Below, piece by piece: positions 17,234-25,488 of a stretch of 56,059 bases of DNA. Location of the stretch: positions 1 through 56,059 of the IMG/VR virus record IMGVR_UViG_3300033004_000002. One strand, given 5' to 3'. The DNA comes from a virus. Its lineage: Duplodnaviria > Caudoviricetes. Made by a program: the position numbers and the translations under genes. Numbering within the stretch: the first letter of the stretch is position 1; every line of letters begins with the position of its first letter. The notes beneath the pieces are model-generated. The model saw nothing but the letters and a program-made list of their open reading frames with translations, did no database searches and was not told where the DNA came from.

Positions 17234-17280
17234 TTGGGACAACTGCCGGGGTCGCGCGGGGCGGCCCCTGTCAGGTTATT
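17234..17280 (-). repeat. Bipartite site copy D
   Basis: AATAACCTGACAGGGGCCGCC...GGCAGTTGTCCCAA; close to copy B. Confidence 0.9.
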
Positions 17281-17282
17281 GG

Positions 17283-17561
17283 TCAGTCTTTGCGCGGCTC
17301 GGGATACTTGACCCCGCAGAACGGACAGAAGCTCGCGAATATCTTGGTCGGCTTGCCGCGCTTCCTCCCGTCCAGCTTCATCGATTCAATGAACGGACGC
17401 TGCAGTCCGATCCAGGGCAACATAATCTGGGTGTTGCTCTCGGCGAGCTTGGCGTTGATGCGATCGATACAATCACAGTCCGCTGCTGGTGCGTCGTAGT
17501 CGACTGCGGGGTGACCGATGACTGCCGACGCGGGTTCGGTGGCGCGGTGATCCATATTCAA
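17283..17561 (-). CDS. Zn-binding hypothetical protein (CDC...FCPFCG)
   Basis: N-terminus MDHRATEPASAVIG shared with NADAR. Confidence 0.75.
   Translation of the reverse strand: MNMDHRATEPASAVIGHPAVDYDAPAADCDCIDRINAKLAESNTQIMLPWIGLQRPFIESMKLDGRKRGKPTKIFASFCPFCGVKYPEPRKD
17503..17557. repeat. 55-bp repeat (site I)
   Basis: 52/55 identical to 11189-11243. Confidence 0.95.
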
Positions 17562-17568
17562 ATCCTTT

Positions 17569-17643
17569 TGGCTGGGAAGGCAGGATTCGAACCTGCGACA
17601 AGGCGGTTAACAGCCACCCGCTCTACCTCTGAGCTACATCCCA
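17569..17643 (-). tRNA. trnN: tRNA-Asn (GTT)
   Basis: Cloverleaf TGGGATG/CTTCCCA (one mismatch), D arm GCTC/GAGC, anticodon loop CT-GTT-AA, T loop TTCGAAT, discriminator G, encoded CCA. Confidence 0.95.
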
Positions 17644-17649
17644 TCGTCG

Positions 17650-17942
17650 ATGATCGGGCGACGGCGGGGCATATAGCGCGATCACGCGCCCTTCCCGATG
17701 GAGCTGGCATCGCCAGACGATCGCCCCATGTCATTGACCCGGGCTGTTGGATGCCAAGGCCGTCGCCCGAACTGAATTTGTGGGGGACGCATTTGCGCGT
17801 CCCCCTGCTGAATGGGGCCGGCGGTTGGTGCGGAGTTTCTTCCCGTTGGCCATATAGTCCGGCCGCCTTGTGTGCCAGGGAGCACCAACGCTCTGATCCC
17901 AGCACCCTCATGCCCTCGCCACCTTGCGGCAAAGGCCCCTCT
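17650..17942 (-). ncRNA. Cluster of structured RNA domains 5' of the tRNA
   Basis: Stems TCGGGCGACGGC/GCCGTCGCCCGA, GGGGGACGC/GCGTCCCCC, GTTGGTGC/GCACCAAC, GGGGCC/GGCCCC. Confidence 0.55.
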
Positions 17943-17951
17943 TGGATTCGA

Positions 17952-18221
17952 TTAAACGCGCTTGCGTGGCCGCAGCTCGTCAAGCACGGCCATGAGCGCT
18001 TCGTAGGACGGAGGCGTCTTGCCGGTGATGTAGAGGTTCGCGACGCGCTCGGTCTTGCCGATGATCTGTGCGAGCGCAACGCCGGGCTTGTCGATGCCCC
18101 ACAGCGCGATGCATACCCGGCCGAAGGGAGGAAGATTTTCCCGGCCAAAGTTTCGCGGAAATAAATTTCCCGGCGTTCTCCTTGAGAACCCCGCAGTACC
18201 GGCGCTTGATTCGCTTCGCAT
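17952..18221 (-). CDS. Putative CII-like HTH regulator
   Basis: LAQIIGKTERVANLYITG HTH-like segment; position downstream of cro. Confidence 0.55.
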   Translation of the reverse strand: MRSESSAGTAGFSRRTPGNLFPRNFGRENLPPFGRVCIALWGIDKPGVALAQIIGKTERVANLYITGKTPPSYEALMAVLDELRPRKRV

Positions 18222-18465
18222 GACGCACCCACTCCACCACGCACACCACCCATCATCCGAACGCCCCGGCCTCCCCCATCAAGGCGAAATGATGGCAGGG
18301 AAACTGGAAGAACGTCCGTCACAAAAAAATAACATTTATGTTTGTCACCCGCCGAAATTGTGTTTTCATGGCGTACACCATTACCAAAATGGCGAGACAA
18401 CTCGGCTGGCGGCGGCGGGGTGCGACCATGGGCGCAGTGATTCTGAAGTTTCGGCGACGTCGTCG

Positions 18466-18687
18466 TCATGTGCGGGCCTCTTCGGTGGTCTCGAAACCGA
18501 AGACCGAAGGGCAGACGTCATCCAGATGCCTCGCCGCGAGCGCTTCCTTGATCAGGATAAACTTCTGCTGCGAGATTTTCCCTCGCGCGCGCCAGTTGCT
18601 GACGGCCGACACGCCGACGCCCGCGACCTCGGCCGTTCCGGCCGGTCCTCCGAGCGCGTCGATGACGTCGTCGACTGAATTGAGCAT
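18466..18687 (-). CDS. cro: Cro-like HTH protein
   Basis: VIDALGG...A...GV..SAVSNW..RG.I HTH; divergent from the repressor. Confidence 0.85.
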   Translation of the reverse strand: MLNSVDDVIDALGGPAGTAEVAGVGVSAVSNWRARGKISQQKFILIKEALAARHLDDVCPSVFGFETTEEART

Positions 18688-18693
18688 GCCACC

Positions 18694-18722
18694 AAATTGT
18701 TCACGATATGTGAAGATGTCAA
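18694..18722 (-). promoter_or_regulatory. Leftward promoter (TTGACA-N17-CAATTT) with operator TTCACGATATGTGAA (18700-18714) in the spacer
   Basis: Sigma70-like boxes; palindrome matches three sites at 19045-19111. Confidence 0.75.
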
Positions 18723-18775
18723 CCCTTCACGGAAAGGCAATAGAAATTCCTGCGCCGGTGAGGTCTCATTTGACC

Positions 18776-19036
18776 ATGCCGGAACAACTCAAAGCATTGG
18801 CGAAGCGACTGGAATTGACGCGGGAGGCGTTGGACCTCAACGCGTCGCAGCTGTGCAAAAGGATCGGCATCAAGGAGAACCGTTGGTCTCAATATGAGAG
18901 CGGAGAGCGGCGAATCACCCTGGAAGTCGCCAACGCGCTGTGTGACGAATTCGGCCTGACCTTGGACTGGATTTACCGGGGGAACCCGGCCCAACTGCCG
19001 CATGTGCTCCGGCTGAAAATCCGTCAGGCCGCCTAA
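18776..19036 (+). CDS. XRE-family HTH repressor (no peptidase domain)
   Basis: RL...REALDL....LC.RIGI....WSQYESG.R...LDWIYRG. Confidence 0.88.
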   Translation: MPEQLKALAKRLELTREALDLNASQLCKRIGIKENRWSQYESGERRITLEVANALCDEFGLTLDWIYRGNPAQLPHVLRLKIRQAA

Positions 19037-19044
19037 CCTACTGT

Positions 19045-19119
19045 TCACATTACGTGATCTCGAAAATCACAAAATGTGATATTTTGTGCTTGACCACTTC
19101 ACAGATTGTGAAGTAGGGT
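19045..19119 (+). promoter_or_regulatory. Three TCAC-N5-GTGA operators (19045, 19067, 19099) and rightward promoter TTGACC...TAGGGT
   Basis: Repeated palindromes in an AT-rich stretch; the third lies in the promoter spacer. Confidence 0.8.
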
Positions 19120-19330
19120 AATCCCATCAGAGCAGAGATGGGAATGCCCAAGGCCCGGGTGAGACACGACCGGGGAGTGGCACAGAAAGGACCCTTCGAA
19201 GGGTTCGGTGAAGGGGAACGGCACAACGCTAACCGACAGGTTGAAAGTCCTGTCTCAACCGGCCAAATCAAGCTGGCGCCAAGCGGAAACAGCCCCCCTT
19301 CTCCGAACCCTTCCGAAAGCCTTTCTGCAA
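19120..19330 (+). ncRNA. Structured leader RNA of the early rightward operon
   Basis: Long stem CAGAAAGG..GAAGGGTTCGG..AAGGGG / CCCCTT..CCGAACCCTTC..CCTTTCTG enclosing a GACAGG/CCTGTC hairpin. Confidence 0.55.
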
Positions 19331-19370
19331 GATCCCGTCTCCGTTCATTCACATGATGGAGCCGCCGCTC

Positions 19371-19742
19371 ATGTCCACCGCCCGCCAAACCATCAACATC
19401 TCAATTTTCCGGAACGACGACGAAGAAATCTTCACCGTTCCCGCCGTCTGGATCATCTGCCCGCATTGCGAAGGCTGCGCTACCGATCGCGGCGCTTCCG
19501 TTGAATGCGATGGGGGCGGGTTCACCTCTTCCGAATGGGCCGAACAAGACGACGATTTCAAGCAAGACTATCTTGCGGGTCGTTACGACCGTCCCTGTTC
19601 ATACTGCGATGGTCTCGGCCGTATTCAGACGCCGGACCTTGACGCGCTCGATTCCGATGATCGTGAAGCTTACGAACAAAGCCTGCAGGACGATGCCGAC
19701 TATCGTGCGATGTGCGCCGCCGAGCGGAGGATGGGCGCATGA
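19371..19742 (+). CDS. Zn-finger (CxxCxG x2) hypothetical protein
   Basis: CPHCEG and CSYCDG motifs; GGAG upstream. Confidence 0.75.
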   Translation: MSTARQTINISIFRNDDEEIFTVPAVWIICPHCEGCATDRGASVECDGGGFTSSEWAEQDDDFKQDYLAGRYDRPCSYCDGLGRIQTPDLDALDSDDREAYEQSLQDDADYRAMCAAERRMGA

Positions 19743-20059
19743 CCAACACCCGCCCCAGTCCCTTCGAAACCGCCCGCCTCGCGCTGATCGCCCGCCTCTC
19801 CGCGATGACCGCCCCGCGCGGCTTCGTTTCTTTCCCGCATCCCACAGACTTCGAGGTGGTCGCTGACCACATCCGCGAGGCCGCCGCGATCTTCGATGAA
19901 TGGCTGGCCGCGATCGGCGCCGAGGTCCGCGACAACAGCAACTGCCACGTCTCGACCGATCTGTTCGCGGGATCGTTCACCGCAGCGGTCGATGGCAACG
20001 AGACCTGGGCCTGCGAAGAGGCCGGCTGCAGCCTGCGCGACAATCGGAGGGTTGCGTGA
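19739..20059 (+). CDS. Hypothetical protein
   Basis: ATGA coupling; high GC3. Confidence 0.7.
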   Translation: MTNTRPSPFETARLALIARLSAMTAPRGFVSFPHPTDFEVVADHIREAAAIFDEWLAAIGAEVRDNSNCHVSTDLFAGSFTAAVDGNETWACEEAGCSLRDNRRVA

Positions 20060-20394
20060 TGGCCCTGCGTCTTCCAGATCGAGGCCAGATCTTTTACGTC
20101 GCCATCGCCGCTTGGTTGGTTGAAGAGCGCGCGGTCCGAGAGTGTGACCTCGATCCCGATACTTACCTGATCGACGATCTCGACTTCGATGGGATCGATC
20201 TCGCCGAATTCATGCTCCATTTCGACGATCGATTCGGGTTCGAACGCAAGTCACCGGAAGCCGAGGCCCTTGCGCCCGTCCGCATCATGGACCTCGTCGA
20301 GTACTGCATCATCAACAATACCTTCAACAAATGCGTCCCCGATCCGGCACGTGGCGTCGGCTATCGCAAAGCGACAGCATGGGAGGTTGCGTGA
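20059..20394 (+). CDS. Acyl-carrier-protein-like protein lacking the phosphopantetheine Ser
   Basis: PDTYLIDDLDFDGIDLAEFMLHFDDRFG aligns with ACP P-x-x-F-x-D-D-L-G-A-D-S-L-D-x-x-E-L-x-M-x-x-E-E-x-F-G. Confidence 0.7.
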   Translation: MALRLPDRGQIFYVAIAAWLVEERAVRECDLDPDTYLIDDLDFDGIDLAEFMLHFDDRFGFERKSPEAEALAPVRIMDLVEYCIINNTFNKCVPDPARGVGYRKATAWEVA

Positions 20395-20639
20395 TGGCCA
20401 TCGGCAACTGCGACTGCTGCGACCGCACCAACGTCCCCGGTTCTGTCGTCAACTGCCCGGGTGAACCCTTCGCCTGCTTCATCTGCCAGGGCGACGACGA
20501 CGCTGACCCCTACGGCGAGCGGGAAATCGATTGCACGGACTGTGACGGCGAAGGCTGCGACGCCTGCAGCGGCTGCGGCACGGTCTGGATTGAGACCGCG
20601 CCGGTCACCCTGGCCGACTTAGAGGAGATGCCCGCGTGA
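20394..20639 (+). CDS. Cys-rich acidic Zn-finger protein
   Basis: Multiple CxxC motifs including DnaJ-like CxxCxGxG. Confidence 0.7.
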   Translation: MAIGNCDCCDRTNVPGSVVNCPGEPFACFICQGDDDADPYGEREIDCTDCDGEGCDACSGCGTVWIETAPVTLADLEEMPA

Positions 20640-20739
20640 TCCGCCCGTTCGCCATCGACCGCATCGAGGCGGTCTTCCTCGCCATCAGCTTCGTCGCGAT
20701 CGGTTTCATGATCGCGGTTGCCTTGTAGGAACAACGCCC

Positions 20740-22134
20740 ATGCATGACCGTACCGACCACAACCGCCTCGCCGCACAGTTCGCCGAGCGTCTGCGCTCCG
20801 ATTCCGCCTTCGTCGAGCAGCGCGTTGCCGAGATCAACGCCTTCGAGGCCCGCGCCCGCGGGCAGGCCCCGCGCAAGCCGAAGCGTACCCGCGTCACGCC
20901 CGTTTCCCCTCCCGTTTCCCCGGCCACGACCGCCGCACCGGTCGCAACACAAGGAGCTACCCCGACCATGTCCAGCATGTCCCTCTTCCAGCCTGCTGTC
21001 GTCACCGCCGCCTATCTCAAGATGGGCGTCATGGGCAAAGCCGGCGGCGGCAAGACCAAGACCGCCTCCAAGATAACGATCGGTCTCGTCAAGCACCTGA
21101 AGAAGCTTGGTGTCGACTATGCCGACCGGCCCGTCGCGTTCTTCGATACGGAGTCCGGGTCCGACTTCGTCATTCCGGACTTCAAGGAAGCCGGCATCCC
21201 GCTGGTGGTCGCCAAGAGCCGGACGCTCGCCGACCTGGTGCAGGCGATCGACTGGGCGGAAGCGCACGCCTCCGCGCTGATCATCGACAGCATCACCCAT
21301 CCCTACCGCGAGATGATCGCGGCGTTCCTGAAGAAGAAGCAGCGCACCTTCCTGCAGATCGATGACTGGCAGTATCTCAAGGGTGACCACGGCTGGCAGA
21401 TGTTCTCCAACCGCTACCTCAATTCCAACCTGCACATCGTCATGTGCGGCCGGGCCGGCGACGACCTCGACCAGTACACCGACGAAAACGGCAAGCGCCA
21501 GCTGGAGAAGGTCGGTGTCAAGATGAAGACCGAGAGCGAAACCGGTTTCGAACCGTCGCTGCTGGTCGAGATGAAGCTGATCGAGCAGAACTCGATGGAA
21601 AAGGCGGCCCGCAAGCGCACCTTCGTCAACCGCGCCATCGTGGTGAAGGACCGCTGGGACGTCATCAACGGCGACGAGATCGACAACCCGGACTTTGCCG
21701 ACTTCCTGCCCCACATCGAAAAGCTCGCGCTCGGCGGCCGGCACGTCGGCTTCCAGGACACCGGCGATTCCACCACCATCCTCAAGACCGAGAAGCGTGA
21801 CCATACTCCCGTGCAGCGCGAAATCTGCATCGACGAAATCCAGACCCTGTTGCAGCTGCATTTCCCCTCGCAACAGGCCGAGGACAAGAAGAACAAGCTG
21901 AAGGCGATCCTCAAGCACTTCGACGCCACCTGGACCGAAATCGAGAAGGTGATGCCGCTGCCCGACCTCCGCGCCGGCTATGACAGCCTGCACCAGGAGC
22001 TGGAGGGTCGGCCCTCCAAGTACGGCACCGCGATCGCGAAGGATGCAGCTCCTGCCGAGATCAACGACAGCCTGCCGACCTTTGCCGACATGGTTGACGA
22101 ATCCTTGCCCGAGCCGACTGCGGCGGCGGCTTAG
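20740..22134 (+). CDS. AAA-24 / Sak4-like ATPase (recombination)
   Basis: Walker A GKAGGGKT, FFDTESGS, LIIDSITH, K.E.ETGFEP, KDR. Confidence 0.85.
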   Translation: MHDRTDHNRLAAQFAERLRSDSAFVEQRVAEINAFEARARGQAPRKPKRTRVTPVSPPVSPATTAAPVATQGATPTMSSMSLFQPAVVTAAYLKMGVMGKAGGGKTKTASKITIGLVKHLKKLGVDYADRPVAFFDTESGSDFVIPDFKEAGIPLVVAKSRTLADLVQAIDWAEAHASALIIDSITHPYREMIAAFLKKKQRTFLQIDDWQYLKGDHGWQMFSNRYLNSNLHIVMCGRAGDDLDQYTDENGKRQLEKVGVKMKTESETGFEPSLLVEMKLIEQNSMEKAARKRTFVNRAIVVKDRWDVINGDEIDNPDFADFLPHIEKLALGGRHVGFQDTGDSTTILKTEKRDHTPVQREICIDEIQTLLQLHFPSQQAEDKKNKLKAILKHFDATWTEIEKVMPLPDLRAGYDSLHQELEGRPSKYGTAIAKDAAPAEINDSLPTFADMVDESLPEPTAAAA

Positions 22135-22218
22135 CGCGCGAGGCCCGGCAGGTCGCGAGCGTAGCGACCTTGCGACCTGCCGGGGATCTTTCCATCACGA
22201 CAATCAGGACCGACACCC

Positions 22219-22434
22219 ATGGGTTTCCACCGCAAAGGCCAGCCGCAAGCGCTCGACCGCGCCGCCATCCGCGCGCAAGTGATCCCGCTGTTGGCCGACG
22301 AACTCGCCTTCCTCGATCGTGCCGCCGATCCGTTTGGGATCGAACACGACTGCCTCAACCCGGCCGGGCACGAAGCCATGGCGTCCTGCGGCGCGATCGT
22401 GTGCGCGCATTGCGCGAAGGTGTTCTGGCAATGA
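22219..22434 (+). CDS. Small Cys-containing protein
   Basis: AGGA RBS; CxxC. Confidence 0.65.
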   Translation: MGFHRKGQPQALDRAAIRAQVIPLLADELAFLDRAADPFGIEHDCLNPAGHEAMASCGAIVCAHCAKVFWQ

Positions 22435-22634
22435 CCCGACGAGAGCGACATCAGCACATCATCGAGAGCTTCGGCCGCGACCGCGAGCGCTATCACCTCG
22501 CCGAGGTTCTCGCCCGCCACGGGCTTTCGGTCCTGACCGACGAGGGGATCGAACTTCTTACCCGGTCCATCGTCACCAGCCATAGGCGCCAGCAGCGCTA
22601 CAACCGCGAAGCCCGCGCGAGGAGGTCGTCATGA
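22431..22634 (+). CDS. Hypothetical protein (MTRRERHQH...)
   Basis: ATGA coupling. Confidence 0.6.
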   Translation: MTRRERHQHIIESFGRDRERYHLAEVLARHGLSVLTDEGIELLTRSIVTSHRRQQRYNREARARRSS

Positions 22635-23035
22635 CCGCGATCGACCTTTCGGCGTGCACGATGCGCGAAGAGGCGCATTACAACGGCGGCAAGGAATGGT
22701 TCGGATATCGTCACCGCTGCATCCAACATCCCCGGCTGACGCGGTTCGATAAGTACATCCGCAAAACGCGCAGCGTAGAGAGCACCTTCAGCGTTGACGG
22801 CAAGCTGGTCGCCAATCTTGAAGCAGCGGCTCAACTCCTCGCAATTCCGTATCAGCCGACGCCGGAAGACCTCGAATTGCTGAGGTTAGTTCCGGACGAA
22901 TGGACCCGCATGGAGGACCGCGTACGCTTCGTGCACCTCCAAGACTTCGGACTGATCGAATTCAAGACTGGAGATTGCCGGCGCACCGACGCCGGCCGCG
23001 CAGCGCTGCAATCGCAACCGGAGTCAGGATCATGA
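22631..23035 (+). CDS. Hypothetical protein
   Basis: GGAGG RBS. Confidence 0.7.
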   Translation: MTAIDLSACTMREEAHYNGGKEWFGYRHRCIQHPRLTRFDKYIRKTRSVESTFSVDGKLVANLEAAAQLLAIPYQPTPEDLELLRLVPDEWTRMEDRVRFVHLQDFGLIEFKTGDCRRTDAGRAALQSQPESGS

Positions 23036-23271
23036 CCGCAACCCCCTTCCTGCTCAACGGCCCCCTGATGACCGCGATCGAGCGCCGTCGCGCCGTCACC
23101 GAGCGCATGGCGAAAGACCTCACCGAGGCCGGGGCGCTGGCCTCCGACCAGGACGCCATCCGGCTGCTGCACGCCAAGGGCTATCCCATGCTCGACGTCG
23201 CGCTGCTCGCGGAAGAAGCGCGGATGCTGGCCTATCAGGAGATCGTGGCGCGGGAGATGAGTGCGCCATGA
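23032..23271 (+). CDS. Hypothetical protein (MTATPFLLNG...)
   Basis: ATGA coupling. Confidence 0.65.
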   Translation: MTATPFLLNGPLMTAIERRRAVTERMAKDLTEAGALASDQDAIRLLHAKGYPMLDVALLAEEARMLAYQEIVAREMSAP

Positions 23272-23543
23272 GCCCGCGAGGACACGACAGGCCATACAGA
23301 GGCCCGCTGATCCCGGTCGGCACAAAGGTCGCTGTCTATTGCCGCTCAAGTTCATGGTTTGGTTCTTCGAGCCGAAATCTGGGTGTGGTGGTCACGGCAG
23401 CGACAGTGCCAGGCACGAGCCGCCGCGCGCGCCGCTTCGACATGCAGCTCCCAATCTACAGTGTTCGCTTGGATGACGGCCGAACGATCAGCATCGAAGG
23501 CAATGCCGATATTTCGATCGCTGAAGAGAGTGGTGCGTCATGA
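23268..23543 (+). CDS. Hypothetical protein (SH3/Tudor-like beta pattern)
   Basis: ATGA coupling. Confidence 0.55.
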   Translation: MSPRGHDRPYRGPLIPVGTKVAVYCRSSSWFGSSSRNLGVVVTAATVPGTSRRARRFDMQLPIYSVRLDDGRTISIEGNADISIAEESGAS

Positions 23544-23908
23544 TCAAGGTCTGGGTGATGCTGGTTTGCATATCGGATGCGCAGGGCCCTTGCCATGACG
23601 CCGCACTGGCGGACGACATTACGTTCCCGACCAAGCATCAGTGCGAACAAAAAATCCACACCCGCGATCCGTTGCATCGTTTCGTGGTGCATTGCGAGGA
23701 GATCACTGTGACGGTTTCACCGAAGTATCCTCCCGCCGGAACGCCATGCGTGATTCTCGGCTCGCCCGATGCTGCCGGCGTCTATGACGAGGAGGGCAAC
23801 TGCGTTGTGCCGTTCAAGTTCACGAGGCCAGACGGCATCGCGCGGCAACCTGAGCAACCTGCGCCGGACCCCCTGATGCACGATTTCCACCCGGACGAGC
23901 GACGGTGA
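23540..23908 (+). CDS. Cys-containing hypothetical protein
   Basis: ATGA coupling; hydrophobic N-terminus. Confidence 0.6.
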   Translation: MIKVWVMLVCISDAQGPCHDAALADDITFPTKHQCEQKIHTRDPLHRFVVHCEEITVTVSPKYPPAGTPCVILGSPDAAGVYDEEGNCVVPFKFTRPDGIARQPEQPAPDPLMHDFHPDERR

Positions 23909-23912
23909 GATC

Positions 23913-24170
23913 ATGAGCGACGAAGCCCGCCAGGCCGCCCGCGCCAAGATCAGAAAAGCCCAAGCCGCTACCGCCGGCATTGACCTCGGCCTGTGGGCCG
24001 CGATCGAACGGCTGCAGCGCGCCGGCAGCCAGGGCAACGGTGCCGGCATCTACGCCGACGTGCCGCAGTTCCGCGCCGCGCTGGCGGACGCCGCATCTGC
24101 CATTTCGCGCGCACAGGAGATCGTGCGCGCGACCGATTGGCCCACGAACGAGGACTATGACGTCGCATGA
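23913..24170 (+). CDS. Hypothetical helical protein
   Basis: High GC3. Confidence 0.7.
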   Translation: MSDEARQAARAKIRKAQAATAGIDLGLWAAIERLQRAGSQGNGAGIYADVPQFRAALADAASAISRAQEIVRATDWPTNEDYDVA

Positions 24171-24322
24171 CCCTCACCCGATGGCTGCACAGCTACCTCC
24201 GCGCATGTCTGATCACCGGCTCGCCTGCGCAGGCCTGGCGCAGCGGGCGGCCTTATCTGCTGGGGGCTGCGCCGTGGTTGAGGGCGGTGTGGATGATGGC
24301 GAAGCAGAGGGGGAAAGCATGA
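24167..24322 (+). CDS. Small protein (MTLTRWLHSYL...), below the ORF-track cutoff
   Basis: ATGA overlaps on both sides; GAGG upstream. Confidence 0.55.
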   Translation: MTLTRWLHSYLRACLITGSPAQAWRSGRPYLLGAAPWLRAVWMMAKQRGKA

Positions 24323-24888
24323 GCATCGAAATTCCAGATGTCGTTGTCTCCACTATTCGCACGGCTGCGAAGATGGGATTTTCGGACGGCTATGCCAGCG
24401 CGGCAACGGCCGCCTATATCCGCCTCTGTTCGCACTTCCATGGCCATACGGGCTCGCTGATCCTGTTCAGTCGCGATCAATATCATCACTCCAGTGGCTG
24501 GATGAAAAACCCGGATTTTGAACGCTGCTGGCATCTGAGCCTGTCGTTCCGCGAACCATTTCCGACATGGCCAGTCGACCGGCTTTCGAGCCCACAGACA
24601 CTGGCGCAACTCGGTGCAGTTATTCCGCTTGTTTCTTTCGATTGGAAGCTGGCGCGAAAGTGGGTCGATCTGATTCTCGGCGATGACGCCAAGCTGTCCT
24701 GGGTTGAGACTGCGAAAAGCCCGCAAGGCAAGGAGCTGAGTGTCATGCACTGGCGCGTGTTCACCGATCCAGGATGGTCGGCGATCAAGCCTCGCGGCGA
24801 AGTCTACAGTAAGGAACTCACCAATGCGGGTTGGCGATCTTGGTCGGACCTCAACATTGAACGACCGAGCAACGTCGATGCCGATTAA
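24319..24888 (+). CDS. Hypothetical protein (RD..HHSSGW.KNPD.ERC.HLSLSF)
   Basis: GAGGGGG RBS; lower GC3. Confidence 0.7.
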   Translation: MSIEIPDVVVSTIRTAAKMGFSDGYASAATAAYIRLCSHFHGHTGSLILFSRDQYHHSSGWMKNPDFERCWHLSLSFREPFPTWPVDRLSSPQTLAQLGAVIPLVSFDWKLARKWVDLILGDDAKLSWVETAKSPQGKELSVMHWRVFTDPGWSAIKPRGEVYSKELTNAGWRSWSDLNIERPSNVDAD

Positions 24889-25312
24889 CCGCCCGCAACG
24901 CCTCACCCCGCCGTCACCGCTCGGCAGCCTGCTTAAACGCGCCGGGGTACCGACCCGGTCGCGCATCTCGCCTGAAGAGAGGAATCCCGACTATCTCGCC
25001 CTGGTCAGGCAGTGTCCCTGCCTGCGCTGCGGCATGGAGCCCTCGGAAGCGGCGCATGTTCGTTACGCGTCGGCCGCTTTCGGGAAGGCCTCCGGGATGC
25101 AGAAGAAGCCGGAGGACCGATTCGCGGTGCCGTTGTGCGCGGACTGTCACCGGCTTGATCGCGACGCACAACACAAGCAGAACGAACGTGGGTTCTGGGA
25201 ACAGATCGATATCAACCCGCTGCTGGTCGCAGCACACCTCTATGCGCAGCGGGGCGACCTGGTGGCGATGCGGGCGGTTTGTTTCGTGGCGATTGCGGAA
25301 CGGGGGAAGTGA
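24878..25312 (+). CDS. DUF968/Ref-like HNH Zn-binding nuclease
   Basis: YL..VR..PC..CG...AAHVR...KP.D...VPLC..CH. Confidence 0.75.
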   Translation: MPINRPQRLTPPSPLGSLLKRAGVPTRSRISPEERNPDYLALVRQCPCLRCGMEPSEAAHVRYASAAFGKASGMQKKPEDRFAVPLCADCHRLDRDAQHKQNERGFWEQIDINPLLVAAHLYAQRGDLVAMRAVCFVAIAERGK

Positions 25313-25488
25313 TGGGCCCTGCTATTGCTCGCTGGACTGGAAAGTGCCCGACCTGCAAATGGCGGTTTGAGGCAGTCTCCGAATCTGAGCCAGAACGCAA
25401 TCCATATCCGAGCGGACTTCGCTGCCCGCACTGTCAAAAAGATGTTTTCTTTTTAACACGCGACACTAAGCCAACAGAGGAAGTTTGA
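25312..25488 (+). CDS. Small Zn-ribbon protein
   Basis: CPTC...CPHC. Confidence 0.55.
   Translation: MGPAIARWTGKCPTCKWRFEAVSESEPERNPYPSGLRCPHCQKDVFFLTRDTKPTEEV

Noticed and set aside
17558-18469. 303-aa ORF on the minus strand
   Set aside because: Runs through the tRNA, the structured RNA and the CII-like gene, with no protein-like composition.
19190-19330. Hammerhead or twister ribozyme
   Set aside because: No CUGAnGA core, and the twister loop and pseudoknot elements could not be placed convincingly.
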